Below are positions 18,848-29,154 of a DNA stretch of 64,000 nucleotides, one piece after another; the first letter of the stretch is position 1, and each line of letters begins with the position of its first letter. Source of the DNA: Gemmatimonadaceae bacterium (GTDB lineage: Bacteria; Gemmatimonadota; Gemmatimonadetes; Gemmatimonadales; Gemmatimonadaceae); the NCBI GenBank assembly GCA_045803545.1, contig JBJMOW010000004.1:704001-768000 (forward strand), read 5' to 3'. The notes beneath the pieces are model-generated. The model was not told the origin of the DNA and searched no databases. It saw only the letters and a program-made list of their open reading frames with translations. The position numbers were made by a program, and so were the translations under genes.

Positions 18848-20307
18848 TATTTCCAGCTCAGACTTCCGTAGCCAGCGCCGTTAATCACAGGCAGAATGTT
18901 CCCCGTCGCGACTTCGATTATGTCCAGAACGCCATAGCTGGTGTTCTGGGCGATGACCCACTTCGAGTCCGGCGACCACACGGGCGTAACCTCTGCATAA
19001 GGCCGACTACCCGTGATCACGCGCTGATTGGTGCCGTCGGCGTTCATGAGATGCAGAGATCCTCCATACTGCTCCGCGTACGCTATCTGCGTCCCATCGG
19101 GAGACCACGCCGGGTAATTCCCAGTCACGCTCCACGCGGAGACGGTCTTGGTGGTGTAGTCGAACACCTTGATCTGCGGTCCGCTCGCCACGAATGCGAC
19201 CTTGGATCCATCCGGCGAGGGCGACGGATGCCCGATTGCTTCGCCAGGTGCGATGATGTCGCCAAGAAGCTCGGGGCTAGTCCCATCGATACCCGACCGA
19301 AACAGGCAATACGCGTAGTATGAGCAGCGTGAGTCGTAAGCACTGAAATACAAGACGGGTGCGTTGGCGCTGGGCGACGGCTCGGCCTGATGCGTCATCG
19401 TCGCCGGGGGATTGGAAAAGAACGTCGAGACTTTGCCGCTCGCGTCTACGGTACGCAATTGCTGCAGTCCGTTGACGAGTTCCGTGTAGATGATGGTGCT
19501 CGATGCGGGGAGCCATTGTGGATGTGGCCCGATTCCGCCGTCGATCACGCCAACGAGATCGTGAAAGCCGGAGCCGTCGAGATTGAAGGTGACGATGCGC
19601 AAACCGTTGGTGCGATAAACCAAGGCAGCGAGGGTGCCCTGGGGAACGATGCTGAGGCTACTCGATCCGGAGAGGGCGCCGAGCGTCCCGGTCAGGGTGT
19701 ACCGGCCGAGGGCTGAGGCAGTTACCATTCCCGAGCTGCTGACGGATACGCCCGGCGATGACGAGGCGTATACCACTGGATCGTTGCGGGGATTGTTGAA
19801 CCGGTCGACGACGCCACCACGGATTGCATAGCTGCCAGTCGTGTACATCGCAGTGTCCGAGGGCAACATCAGAATCGCTGCCGGTCGCCCAGGAAGCACT
19901 GTGAATCGCGCGGTGTCTTGCAGGCCGAATGTAGGCACCGAGATGGCGATGCGCGCTGCACCCGCAAAGTTGCCAAGTTGCACCAGCACGCCGGCCCGTC
20001 CGGCAGCGTCTGTCTCTCCGGTGGTGAAAATCTCATAGTACGGTGAGGTCAGGGCCTCGACCAACATTTCGGGGGAAAACGAGCTCATTGCCGGCGTGAA
20101 GCGGACGACTGTTCCACGCGGCACGATTGCACCTCTCTGGTCGCGCACCTCGACGACGAGAGCCTTTACTGGCTTGGCGCCGACGGTGTCGGTCACGTCA
20201 TAGCCACTGACCAATGTCAGCCCGGGACGTCCGCCACTCGGGCCCGAGCTATCGCCACAGGACAGGGCGACGAGGGTTGCCGCGACGAGCAGACAATGTC
20301 TTCGCAT
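18847..20307 (-). CDS. Lipoprotein with Ig-like domains and C-terminal TolB/PD40-type propeller
   Basis: Lipobox ALSC; SPDGSKVAF, WSPDGTQIAY and WSPDSKW repeats. Confidence 0.8.
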   Translation of the reverse strand: MRRHCLLVAATLVALSCGDSSGPSGGRPGLTLVSGYDVTDTVGAKPVKALVVEVRDQRGAIVPRGTVVRFTPAMSSFSPEMLVEALTSPYYEIFTTGETDAAGRAGVLVQLGNFAGAARIAISVPTFGLQDTARFTVLPGRPAAILMLPSDTAMYTTGSYAIRGGVVDRFNNPRNDPVVYASSSPGVSVSSSGMVTASALGRYTLTGTLGALSGSSSLSIVPQGTLAALVYRTNGLRIVTFNLDGSGFHDLVGVIDGGIGPHPQWLPASSTIIYTELVNGLQQLRTVDASGKVSTFFSNPPATMTHQAEPSPSANAPVLYFSAYDSRCSYYAYCLFRSGIDGTSPELLGDIIAPGEAIGHPSPSPDGSKVAFVASGPQIKVFDYTTKTVSAWSVTGNYPAWSPDGTQIAYAEQYGGSLHLMNADGTNQRVITGSRPYAEVTPVWSPDSKWVIAQNTSYGVLDIIEVATGNILPVINGAGYGSLSWK

Positions 20308-20370
20308 CGGGCGCCAAACATATGATGGCTACGGGAGAAGCGCCATAAATTCGACGCTCCAGCCGATGGG

Positions 20371-21681
20371 TCATTGTTTGTAGATAGTCCCGTCCTTCAT
20401 CACCAGTTGTATCTGACGAATCGCGGAGATGTCTTTGGTTGGATCGCCCTTCACCGCGATCAAGTCGGCGAGGAAGCCGTCCTTCACCTGGCCCAGCTTG
20501 TCACCCATGCCGAGCATCTTCGCGTCGATCGACGTCGCCGAGCGGAGCGCGGCAAGCGGTGTCATTCCATAGGCAACGAGCATCTCGACTTCGCGCGCGT
20601 TATCGCCATGAGTGAACACTCCGACGTCGCTGCCGTTGCAGATCGCCACGCCGGCATCGAGCGCGGCCTTGAAGCTTTTTTTCTTGGCGACGATCGAGGG
20701 CGGATCAGCGTCGACTCCCTTCTTCCAGCCGCCGTATTGCAGGACTGCATCACCGGCGGCGAGCGTCGGAACGAAACACACGCCGTGCTGCGCCATCAAC
20801 TTGAAGACTTCCGCCGTGCCGGCGTCGCCGTGTTCGACTGTCGCAACGCCGGCGAGAATTCCGCGACGCATGCCCTCGGCAGTCGTCGCGTGCACCGTCA
20901 CCGGTCGTCCTGAGCTATTCGCGATCTCCACCGCTTCCTTGAGCTCGTCGAGCGTGAACGTCGGCTCCGCTTCTCCGTTCGGTCCCCAGCGATAGTCGGC
21001 GTAGATCTTCACCCAATCCGCGCCGTGCTTGATCTGATCTCGCACCACCTGCGCCATCTGGTCGAGCCCACTCGCTTCCTGTGCGCCCTGCGGAATCTGG
21101 TCCTGATACTCGGGAGTAAACCCGGCTGGACCATATGCGCCGGTGGCAACGATCGCCCGCGTAGACGTGAACAGTCGCGGACCGGGGATGATGCCTTGAT
21201 TGATTGCCTGCTTCAGCCCGACGTCAGCATAGCCGGCGCCCTCGGTGCCGAGGTCGCGCAACGTGGTGAACCCCGCCATCAACGTCGCCTTCAAGTGATT
21301 CACCGCGCGCGCGGTGCGCAGCGCCAAAGATTCGTGCAACACCTGATCGTTCCACGACGTCTCGTTGTACGGATGCAGCAGCACGTGCGAATGCGCGTCG
21401 ATCAGCCCCGGCATCAGCGTCGTGCCCGGCAGATCGATCGTCGTCGCGTCGGCGGGCGCACTAATCTGACTGCGCGGTCCTGCGGAGACGATCTTGTTGC
21501 CGGTGATGAGCACCACCCAGCCAGAATGCGGCGGGTCCGCGACGCCGTCCCACACCCGATCGGGCACCAGCAGCGTCGTGGTCAGTGGAGCGGCGGGCTG
21601 TCGGCTGCGCGCCTGTGCGGTAGAGAGACACGGGGCAACCGCCGCGATGGCAATCAGTAATCGGAAAGGGCTCGCACGCAT
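20371..21681 (-). CDS. Secreted amidohydrolase (Xaa-Pro dipeptidase-like, Amidohydro_1)
   Basis: [36 protein letters not shown] motifs. Confidence 0.9.
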   Translation of the reverse strand: MRASPFRLLIAIAAVAPCLSTAQARSRQPAAPLTTTLLVPDRVWDGVADPPHSGWVVLITGNKIVSAGPRSQISAPADATTIDLPGTTLMPGLIDAHSHVLLHPYNETSWNDQVLHESLALRTARAVNHLKATLMAGFTTLRDLGTEGAGYADVGLKQAINQGIIPGPRLFTSTRAIVATGAYGPAGFTPEYQDQIPQGAQEASGLDQMAQVVRDQIKHGADWVKIYADYRWGPNGEAEPTFTLDELKEAVEIANSSGRPVTVHATTAEGMRRGILAGVATVEHGDAGTAEVFKLMAQHGVCFVPTLAAGDAVLQYGGWKKGVDADPPSIVAKKKSFKAALDAGVAICNGSDVGVFTHGDNAREVEMLVAYGMTPLAALRSATSIDAKMLGMGDKLGQVKDGFLADLIAVKGDPTKDISAIRQIQLVMKDGTIYKQ

Positions 21682-21725
21682 TCTATGTGGAGTGAAAAGG
21701 AAGATTGTCTCGCCAAATGAGCTCG

Positions 21726-22910
21726 TCACGATATCCTGAATATCCGCTCAGCGTTGCGATAAGCGACCTGCTCTCGCTCTGTATCGCTGAGTGAGGCGTT
21801 CTCGATGAAGGCCACCGAGCCGGGCGTGCTCTGGAAAGGGTAGTCGATCGCCCACATCACGTGATCGATTCCGATCTTGTCGATCGCGTAGCGAAGAGCC
21901 AACGGATCGTCGAGGCCACTCGTCGTGATGGCAAAGTTGCGCTGCAGATACTCGCTGGGCTTGAGTTTGTTGCGCAGTGCGGCGCGCGAGCCCGGCGACG
22001 CCATGTAGTCAAGTCGCCACAGCCAGTAGGGAAGTGCTTCACCCATGTGTCCGATCACGATGCGGATTTTCGGGAATTGATCGAGCACGCCACTCAGCAT
22101 CAGGCGCACTGCGTGAGTGCCCGTCTCGACGCCGTAGCCCCAGATCGCGCCCTCCATTCGATAGTCGGCGAACGGTGCGGCCATGCCATCGGATGGCGGA
22201 CGCGGATGGATGTATAGCGGAGCGTCAAGCGCTTCCGCTGCCTCGAGGATTGGCCAGAAGCGCTGATCGTCGAGATAACGATTGTCAGTGTGCGAATTGA
22301 CGATGAACCCGTTGAGCCTGAGAGTTTTGATCGCTCGCTCCATTTCCTTCGCTGCCGCGGCGGCATCCTGCGGCGCAAAAGACGCAAGACCGGCAAACCG
22401 TTTTGGATGACGACGTACGACTTCGCTCAACCGATCGTTCGCCAAGGTGGCAAGCTCAATGGCTTTCTCTCGCTCGAACATCTGCACGCCGGGCGTCGTT
22501 AGAGACAGCAGGTGCACGTCCACACCGTTCGCATCCATCTCTGCGAGGCGATGTTCCTCGAGATCGAGCAGCCTTGGGAGAAGCGTGCGCGCATAGGCGT
22601 CACGGTTTGTCGGCGGCGGCGTGGTCGGCGTCTGGATCTCGAAAGTCGAAGCGGAGGCCGAATTGTAGATCAGGTTCATCAGCTTGAGGTCGAGGCTCGG
22701 CCCGCCCTTCTGTGCCACCTCACGAAGCGCGGCAGCGACCTCAGGAATTACGAATGCTTCTTCTGTCGCGATTTTCCGCACGCGTGCACGCACTGCCCGT
22801 GCGGTTCGGCGCCCCGGGTGCTCAGCTCGCGATTTGGCAATCAGTTTCGGCCAGCTGGCACTGGCTGCAACGACAGATGAAAGCCGAGCGAGAGCGGTTC
22901 TTCGATCCAC
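21726..22910 (-). CDS. Amidohydro_2 family aromatic-acid decarboxylase-like protein (LigW/2,3-DHBA decarboxylase-like) with twin-arginine leader
   Basis: [34 protein letters not shown] start at 22910 (MDRRTAL) after GAAGG. Confidence 0.82.
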   Translation of the reverse strand: MDRRTALARLSSVVAASASWPKLIAKSRAEHPGRRTARAVRARVRKIATEEAFVIPEVAAALREVAQKGGPSLDLKLMNLIYNSASASTFEIQTPTTPPPTNRDAYARTLLPRLLDLEEHRLAEMDANGVDVHLLSLTTPGVQMFEREKAIELATLANDRLSEVVRRHPKRFAGLASFAPQDAAAAAKEMERAIKTLRLNGFIVNSHTDNRYLDDQRFWPILEAAEALDAPLYIHPRPPSDGMAAPFADYRMEGAIWGYGVETGTHAVRLMLSGVLDQFPKIRIVIGHMGEALPYWLWRLDYMASPGSRAALRNKLKPSEYLQRNFAITTSGLDDPLALRYAIDKIGIDHVMWAIDYPFQSTPGSVAFIENASLSDTEREQVAYRNAERIFRIS

Positions 22911-22994
22911 GATGGCACCCTTCCTATTCAGGACGTGCCTAGAATTGCACCGCCACCGCTTATCCGCCAGAGCTTCAGCTTGCAACTTTGGGCC

Positions 22995-23843
22995 GTGAAA
23001 TTCCTTCCCATGCTGGCAAAAGTGCTGGCGCTGACGGTCATCCTCTTCGTGTGCTTCGCGTTCGGGAGCACCGTGGCGATGCGTGGAGTCACTCAATCTC
23101 CCCAGAGTGGCGGATCGGCTGCGTTCACATTGGTCCTGGTTTGCTTCCTTCAGACGATGGGCGTTTCGTATCTGATCCTTCGATCGCGCTGGAGCGGATG
23201 GCGACTGATCGCCGCGATTTTCGTCGTCTACTACGGCGTGACGACGTTCATGCCACAGATCGAGTCCGCGGTTTTCCTTACACGACTGCCTGCCGGCATG
23301 CTCCCCCGACTTTTCCTGATGGGACTCCTGATCGCGATCCCGTTCTCGATTCTCGCTGTCGTTATCCTCGGCAAACGCGAAAGCGCCGGACAACCCACCG
23401 CCGACCACTTCCATCTGAAGCTTCCGGTAAGTGAATGGTCGTGGAAGCTCGCTCTAATCGCGGTCGTTTACGTCGTGCTCTATTTCACCTTCGGCTACTT
23501 CATCGCCTGGCGATCGCCCGCGGTCCGCGAATTCTATGGCGGTGCCGATTCCGGGAATTTCTTCGGGCAGATGCAGACTGTCCTGCGCGATACGCCGTGG
23601 CTGATCCCGTTTCAGATCTTCCGCGCCATATGCTGGGCAGGAATCGCAGTCGTCGTCATCCGGCTGCTCGAGGCTGGGAAGTCGGAAACCGCCCTCGTCC
23701 TCGGCTATATGTTCGCGGTGGTGATGTGCGCCCCGCTGCTGCTTCCAAACCCCTATATGCCGGAGCCGGTTCGGATGACGCATCTGACCGAAACAGCATC
23801 ATCGAATTTTATCTTCGGCGTGTTCGTCGGATGGATGCTCTGA
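22995..23843 (+). CDS. Multi-pass membrane protein of unknown function
   Basis: About 8 hydrophobic segments; start GTG 22995 or ATG 23010. Confidence 0.7.
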   Translation: MKFLPMLAKVLALTVILFVCFAFGSTVAMRGVTQSPQSGGSAAFTLVLVCFLQTMGVSYLILRSRWSGWRLIAAIFVVYYGVTTFMPQIESAVFLTRLPAGMLPRLFLMGLLIAIPFSILAVVILGKRESAGQPTADHFHLKLPVSEWSWKLALIAVVYVVLYFTFGYFIAWRSPAVREFYGGADSGNFFGQMQTVLRDTPWLIPFQIFRAICWAGIAVVVIRLLEAGKSETALVLGYMFAVVMCAPLLLPNPYMPEPVRMTHLTETASSNFIFGVFVGWML

Positions 23844-23960
23844 TTTGACGGATGGGCGCATCTGGCCGAAACGTCATCATCGACGTCTATTTTCGGTCTG
23901 TTTGTTGGCGCATTTGGCCTGACCATCCGAAATCGATACCGGTTCCCGGAGACCGAGAAT

Positions 23961-25478
23961 TTGTTGACCGAATCAGTCCGCCGTTATCTCAGCTTAGTTT
24001 GCTTGACCGCTTTTCTCACCGCTTGCGGCGATAGCGCTACGGGTCCATCGGCGAGTGAGCCGAGCCTGAAGGTAATTGCGGGCGCCGGAGTAACGGACAC
24101 TATCGAGACGCAGCCAATCCAGGCACTCGTCGTCGAAGCAAGAGGCGAGGGCGGAAAAGTCATTTCGGGCGCTGTCGTGCGCTTTGAAGCCCAGCCCTCG
24201 ACGGATCCGAACAGGCCATACGACCCCGCAGTCTCCGTCTGCGGCCTCACCGTGCCGATGTGCAATTATTCCCAGTTCGTAACGGATACAACCGACCGCT
24301 CAGGACGGGCAAAAGTCGTCGTTCGTCTCGGACGAGTTGTCGGAAAAGCAACGGTGCGCGTAACTGTGCCCCTGCTTGGCGTTCAGGACTCGGCGACGTA
24401 TACGGTGACGCCCGGTGCGCCGAAGCTAGTGCTTCTGTCTCCGAGCGACACCATTCTCGATATCGGCGGTACTGCGACGATTCAGGCACACCTCGCGGAT
24501 CGATATGGGAACCCGCGCACCGAGGTGCCGGCATTATCAGCCAGCGCCGGCAACACCATCACTGTCGATGCAGCGAGCAAAACCGTCACGGCGCGCGACA
24601 TGGGCACTCAGTGGGTGTACGCTCGTTACGCCACGGCGAGCGACTCCGCGATTGTGCGTGTCGTGCCGCCGGGCCGTTTGGTAGTGTGGTCGCCGGGGCT
24701 GGCGACGGTGCGGCTCGTCGACATCAACGGCAAGAATGAACAGAACATCATCACCGGCGTGCAGAGCGACTGGGGCGTTTTTCCGCGCTTCGATCTAACA
24801 AGGCAGCGCATCACAATGCATACGGGAACAGCCTACTACGGCGGGCCGTCCAATGACGCCATCGTCATCGATACAACTCGAACGCCGCGACGCGACATCG
24901 CCGGAATCGACTACATCTTCGCGGTGCGGCAAACCGACGACGGGAACGTGATGGTGGTCGGCGTACGAAACAGTGATGCGTATTTTTCCCTGTTCCGTGT
25001 GACTGCCGACAACACGATTACGGTGGTCGCAACACTGTACGGAATGGGTGCCACTTACGGCGGTGCCGACATCTCGTACGACGGAAACCGCGTGGCGTAT
25101 ATCTCCGGCGGCGCGCTCAACGTTCTAAACGTATCTACCGGGGTCACGACGACGCTGGATCAGAACGCCCAGTCTCCTCGCTGGTCGGTGCAGGGTGATC
25201 GCCTGGCCTACCTGAGTACGCCGGCCTGCTCGAACTTTCTCGACGGCGCCCTCACAATCATTAACGCCGATGGGTCGGGGCGGAGCGTTCTGGCGAACTA
25301 CTGCTACAGTCCCGGCCTTGCCTGGTCTCCGGACGGAAAATACGTCATCGGTCGCAGCAGCCAGTCGTATACGGAAGTAGGCTTACGCATAATTCGCGTG
25401 AGCGATGGCGCGCAGGTGGTCGCGGGCTTCGTGTCGGGCTTTTCACAAATGGACTATTACCAACCTGATTGGCGCTGA
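23961..25478 (+). CDS. Lipoprotein with Ig-like domains and TolB/PD40-type propeller (paralog of 18847-20307)
   Basis: Lipobox LTAC; shared DT...ALVVE.R...G.VVRF and D..GRA.V.V.LG motifs; WSPDG. Confidence 0.8.
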   Translation: MLTESVRRYLSLVCLTAFLTACGDSATGPSASEPSLKVIAGAGVTDTIETQPIQALVVEARGEGGKVISGAVVRFEAQPSTDPNRPYDPAVSVCGLTVPMCNYSQFVTDTTDRSGRAKVVVRLGRVVGKATVRVTVPLLGVQDSATYTVTPGAPKLVLLSPSDTILDIGGTATIQAHLADRYGNPRTEVPALSASAGNTITVDAASKTVTARDMGTQWVYARYATASDSAIVRVVPPGRLVVWSPGLATVRLVDINGKNEQNIITGVQSDWGVFPRFDLTRQRITMHTGTAYYGGPSNDAIVIDTTRTPRRDIAGIDYIFAVRQTDDGNVMVVGVRNSDAYFSLFRVTADNTITVVATLYGMGATYGGADISYDGNRVAYISGGALNVLNVSTGVTTTLDQNAQSPRWSVQGDRLAYLSTPACSNFLDGALTIINADGSGRSVLANYCYSPGLAWSPDGKYVIGRSSQSYTEVGLRIIRVSDGAQVVAGFVSGFSQMDYYQPDWR

Positions 25479-25626
25479 AGCCCGGCGCCTCGCCTGGAAA
25501 ACACGGGGGTGTAAACCCTGAACGAGGTGCTTCCTTACGAACTCGTCATACTTCGTTCATAAAGCCGTCATGTCATCAAGCGCATGTTTGGCGGGTCTCC
25601 AATTAACTAAGAAAGGATCTCAAACA

Positions 25627-25995
25627 ATGCGCACCGATAAGAAAGGTTTTACGCTCATCGAGCTTCTGATTGTCGTCGTCATCATCGGCATTCTTGCCGC
25701 GATCGCGATTCCGAAGTTCGCGAACACCAAGGACAAGGCGTACGTCGCCGCAATGAAGTCCGACTTGCGCAACCTCGCGACGTATGAAGAGCAATACGCT
25801 GCTGACAACCAGGGCGCTTACTTCGCCGGCACTGCCACCAGCACGACTCCACTCCAGGGTTTCACCCCGTCGCAGAACGTGACGATTACCGCTGTGATCG
25901 TTGTCGGTCCGCCTCAAGCCTGGACCGCCACGGCGTCGCACTCACAGTCAGCGAAGACCTGCGATAACTCCTCGGGCGCGATCGTCTGCACATGA
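25627..25995 (+). CDS. Type IV pilin (prepilin N-terminal cleavage/methylation domain)
   Basis: KKG|FTLIELLIVVVIIGILAAIAIPKF; C-terminal Cys pair. Confidence 0.93.
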   Translation: MRTDKKGFTLIELLIVVVIIGILAAIAIPKFANTKDKAYVAAMKSDLRNLATYEEQYAADNQGAYFAGTATSTTPLQGFTPSQNVTITAVIVVGPPQAWTATASHSQSAKTCDNSSGAIVCT

Positions 25996-26022
25996 CCGCC
26001 TGGAGCTCACTCATCGTTCAAG

Positions 26023-26060
26023 AAAACGGGGACATCAAAGGATGTCCCCGTTTTCCTTTT
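26023..26060 (+). terminator. Rho-independent terminator after the pilin gene (probably bidirectional)
   Basis: AAAACGGGGACATC-AAAG-GATGTCCCCGTTTT then CCTTTT. Confidence 0.88.
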
Positions 26061-26068
26061 ACGCTCAC

Positions 26069-27427
26069 TCAGCGCAGCCAGTTCAGCGAATTCACCTTTG
26101 CAGCAACACAACGTCCGAGTGCCCGGCCGTTGACGTTCCCCGACGGAAAGTGGATTCCGGCATAGATCCGGGAAATCCCAGCTTCCTCGGCGGCAGCGAG
26201 GATACTGTTGAAAGGACGTGGCGCAAAGCCATCCGCGTCATGCGCGTGATCAATGAACGACACATTGTTCCCGAACAACGCCTCGAGCGTCAATGCCACC
26301 GCCGCTGACTGACCGGAGTGCGCGGACACATACTCGGGGAAGGGCGGCGACGGGAGCAGTGGACTCCAGTTCGGATCGATCACCCTTCGGATGTACGTGA
26401 CAGGGCGAAGCAGATTGTACTGATACTTCGACTGCCAGATTGCTGTGAGCGCATCGGCGTCAGCGACGCCAGCACGCGCGTACGCTTCCGCAGCCTGCGC
26501 GAGATTGGCGTTTTGTTGCGTCACGATCTCGTTGACGATCGCGAGCGCGTGACCTGGACCAGAGATAGTTCCCGGACCATCGGCCCAATAGCGCGCGATG
26601 GTCGTCTGGTCAGCCGTCAGATGCTGCGACACCTGGTAATCGGTGTTCGCCTCGCCGTAAAACGGGGAGTTTGGATCCTCCGAGTAGGCCGGTGGAGGAC
26701 CGGGATTACACTCGGCCGCAGTCGATAGTGCAAATGTGCCGACGGTTGCAGCCCAGAAAGGCTGCATTGCCACCTGCGCGGTCGGGAATGGCACCCAGAA
26801 CGCCGCACCAGCTGGCGGTGTGTACGAGCTCGGAAAGTTCGTGAGATAACCTCGATCGCCGCCATCATCGCGCGACGTTGCGAACACAGCCGCGCCGACA
26901 GAGCGACCGAAATCACTCGACAGCTTCGCGATGCCAGGCGGCACGTCCACACCATATTGCGCAGCGAGGCTTGCCTCGAGCGTGTTGAGATCGGCGATGT
27001 TGGCGGCCGCTAGACTCGTCTGGTCCCCCCAAAGCCCGCGCATCACTTCCGCGAGCGCTGAGTTCGCCACCAGCGCCCAGTTGTACGGTATTCCGTTTGC
27101 TTGCGGTAGTATGCCGACACCGTGCAGCTGACTCGCGACTGATTGATGGTCGGGCATGCCGCCAATGAGCGACTCGTAGAGAGCGAGGCCCATGTACCCG
27201 AACGCGCGCGCCTGTACCGGTGGAGTGAAGCCCGCCGTCTGCTTGCTGAAGCGGAGCGACAGCTGATAGTACGCGAGCGGTACGCCGGGATCGAAGTCGG
27301 CGGCAGCAGTTCTGCCGATTCCCTGACTCGCAGCAACGGTCCGCGGTGCGTCGATCGTTCCTGACCGATTGTCCGCGCACGCGGCGACCAGCAGACACAG
27401 TACGGGCAGGAATTTCTCGGTTTTCAT
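26069..27427 (-). CDS. Vanadium-dependent haloperoxidase / PAP2 superfamily lipoprotein
   Basis: K..Y...RP, PPFPEYVSAHS, SRIYAGIHF; lipobox VAAC; AAGGAGG SD. Confidence 0.88.
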   Translation of the reverse strand: MKTEKFLPVLCLLVAACADNRSGTIDAPRTVAASQGIGRTAAADFDPGVPLAYYQLSLRFSKQTAGFTPPVQARAFGYMGLALYESLIGGMPDHQSVASQLHGVGILPQANGIPYNWALVANSALAEVMRGLWGDQTSLAAANIADLNTLEASLAAQYGVDVPPGIAKLSSDFGRSVGAAVFATSRDDGGDRGYLTNFPSSYTPPAGAAFWVPFPTAQVAMQPFWAATVGTFALSTAAECNPGPPPAYSEDPNSPFYGEANTDYQVSQHLTADQTTIARYWADGPGTISGPGHALAIVNEIVTQQNANLAQAAEAYARAGVADADALTAIWQSKYQYNLLRPVTYIRRVIDPNWSPLLPSPPFPEYVSAHSGQSAAVALTLEALFGNNVSFIDHAHDADGFAPRPFNSILAAAEEAGISRIYAGIHFPSGNVNGRALGRCVAAKVNSLNWLR

Positions 27428-27490
27428 GTTCGCCTCCTTGATGATTGGCAATCCTGGAGACGAGGCTAGGTCCGAATCAGTGGTTCGGAC

Positions 27491-27507
27491 AGGCCAAAAA
27501 ATGAACC
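27491..27507. promoter_or_regulatory. Putative HxlR-type operator upstream of the haloperoxidase gene
   Basis: AGGCCA-N5-TGAACC, matching AGTCCA-N5-TGAACC at 28242-28258. Confidence 0.55.
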
Positions 27508-27517
27508 GTCAGCGAGC

Positions 27518-28207
27518 TTACGGCGTCGTAGCGCTGACGGTCTTGGCCATGGCGGCGAAGCGTGTCACGCCGAGCCAGTTTGGTATCGCGTTGCGATAAT
27601 GTGGAGGGCCGTGCACCTCGACACGTCCCTCGCGCATCGCGTCGAGCAGCGTGAGGTGGCCGAGGCACACCCGGGCGAGTGCTTCGACGGTCGCGTCAAT
27701 CTCCAGATTCACCTCGTAACCTGGATCGAACAGGCAGAGATCGACTTCGGGTCGGTGCAACACGAGCCAGAAAAGGCGATCACTGTGTCCACGGAATCGA
27801 AAGAGGACAACCACGCGGTCGTCTGGAAGCGAGTCGACGCGAACGAGCCTGCGCAGCGACCACATGCAGAAATCCGGATCGAGCTCTTTGTCTTGCAGGT
27901 CCTTGGCCGCCCAGCGATAGCCCCACGTACCCAGCGCGTCGATCACTGCACCAATCTCTCGACCACCAACGGTCAGATGGTATTCCTGGTGCCCATCCTT
28001 TGTCGGGCGCTGTTCGATCATCCCGTTTCTCTGCAACGCGTGCAGCCGCTGCGTAAGCAGGTTCTTGGAGATACGTGGAACGCCACGATGGATGTCCGAG
28101 AATCGTCGGCCGCCCATGAGTAGCTCGCGCAGAATGAGCGGGGTCCAGCGCTCAGCGAAGATCTCGGCGCCGAGTGCGACGGGACAGAACTGTCCGTACG
28201 CGGTCAT
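27518..28207 (-). CDS. HxlR-family winged-helix regulator with SCP2-like C-terminal domain
   Basis: YGQFCPVA.GAEIFAERWTPLILRELLMG.RRFSDI.RGVP.IS. Confidence 0.88.
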   Translation of the reverse strand: MTAYGQFCPVALGAEIFAERWTPLILRELLMGGRRFSDIHRGVPRISKNLLTQRLHALQRNGMIEQRPTKDGHQEYHLTVGGREIGAVIDALGTWGYRWAAKDLQDKELDPDFCMWSLRRLVRVDSLPDDRVVVLFRFRGHSDRLFWLVLHRPEVDLCLFDPGYEVNLEIDATVEALARVCLGHLTLLDAMREGRVEVHGPPHYRNAIPNWLGVTRFAAMAKTVSATTP

Positions 28208-28241
28208 GCTTCTAACCTGGGTTTCCTCCCGAGGACCAGCA

Positions 28242-28258
28242 AGTCCAATTTCTGAACC
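28242..28258. promoter_or_regulatory. Putative HxlR-type operator in the divergent intergenic region
   Basis: Imperfect palindrome AGTCCAATTTCTGAACC. Confidence 0.55.
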
Positions 28259-28342
28259 ATGAAAGCCGCGGCTAGAGGATTTCGCTGAGCACGGGAAGTG
28301 CAGCGCGCCTTGTGCTCGATCGACTCGCCAATGGAGGTTGTG

Positions 28343-29050
28343 ATGATATCTCGCCCGGGGTTGACGCCTTTTACACTCGGCGTTGCTGCTTTCGGGATGC
28401 TCGGCACCGCGTGCAGTCAGCGCGCGGACACCTCTGCATCCGACACGTCCTCTAGCGCCGCCGCGTCGACAGCGACCGCGGATACATCGGCAATGGTGCG
28501 AGGCACGGTCACGAGCGCATCGCCGACACAAGTCGTGGTGGCGACACCGGCGGGCAATGTCACCGTTGCTGTCACCCGCCCACTCCAGGTCTACTCACGT
28601 CAGCCCGCTACGCTCGCCGACGTCAAAGACAATGTCTTCATCGGCGTGACCACCGTGAAGCAACCGGACGGATCGGAACGAGCGACGGAGATCCACATCT
28701 TTCCCGAGGAGCTCAGGGGACTCGGCGAGGGCAGCCGCATGATGAATGCGGGAGCGGGAGGCAATCCGGGTAATCGCATGACCAATGGTGCAGTCGCCGA
28801 ATCACGCATGACCAACGGCACCGCTTCGTCGCGCATGTCGAACGGAAACGTCACCAATGCCAGCGGCTCGACACTCGAAGTGCAATACCCAGGCGGCTCT
28901 CAAAAAGTCACGGTGCCACCGAATACTCCGGTCACGCAGCTCAAGGCGATATCGAAGCAATTGGCTGCCGGCGATCGTGTTGCGATTCAGGCGAAGAAAA
29001 ACGCGGATGGATCGCTGTCCACCAACCGGGTGATGCTGGCCGGAAAGTAA
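28343..29050 (+). CDS. Lipoprotein of unknown function (DUF5666-like) with RMTNG repeats
   Basis: Lipobox GTAC; EIHIFPEELRGLGEG; RMTNG/RMSNG x3; GGAGG SD. Confidence 0.7.
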   Translation: MISRPGLTPFTLGVAAFGMLGTACSQRADTSASDTSSSAAASTATADTSAMVRGTVTSASPTQVVVATPAGNVTVAVTRPLQVYSRQPATLADVKDNVFIGVTTVKQPDGSERATEIHIFPEELRGLGEGSRMMNAGAGGNPGNRMTNGAVAESRMTNGTASSRMSNGNVTNASGSTLEVQYPGGSQKVTVPPNTPVTQLKAISKQLAAGDRVAIQAKKNADGSLSTNRVMLAGK

Positions 29051-29154
29051 ATTGTAGTCCACTCACAGCGAGGTGCTGACGCAGCAACGCCGTCTCTCAC
29101 GGCGCTGCCCGACGTTAACGTCAGGCAGCCACCGCTCGGAGCTCATAGATGTCG

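Noticed and set aside
22911..23414. Long N-terminal extension of the 562-aa ORF 21726..23414
   Set aside because: It is the antisense shadow of the membrane protein gene; the real start is probably GTG 22910.
25480..25626. sigma54 promoter for the pilin gene
   Set aside because: No properly spaced GG-N10-GC in a TGGC...TTGC context was found.
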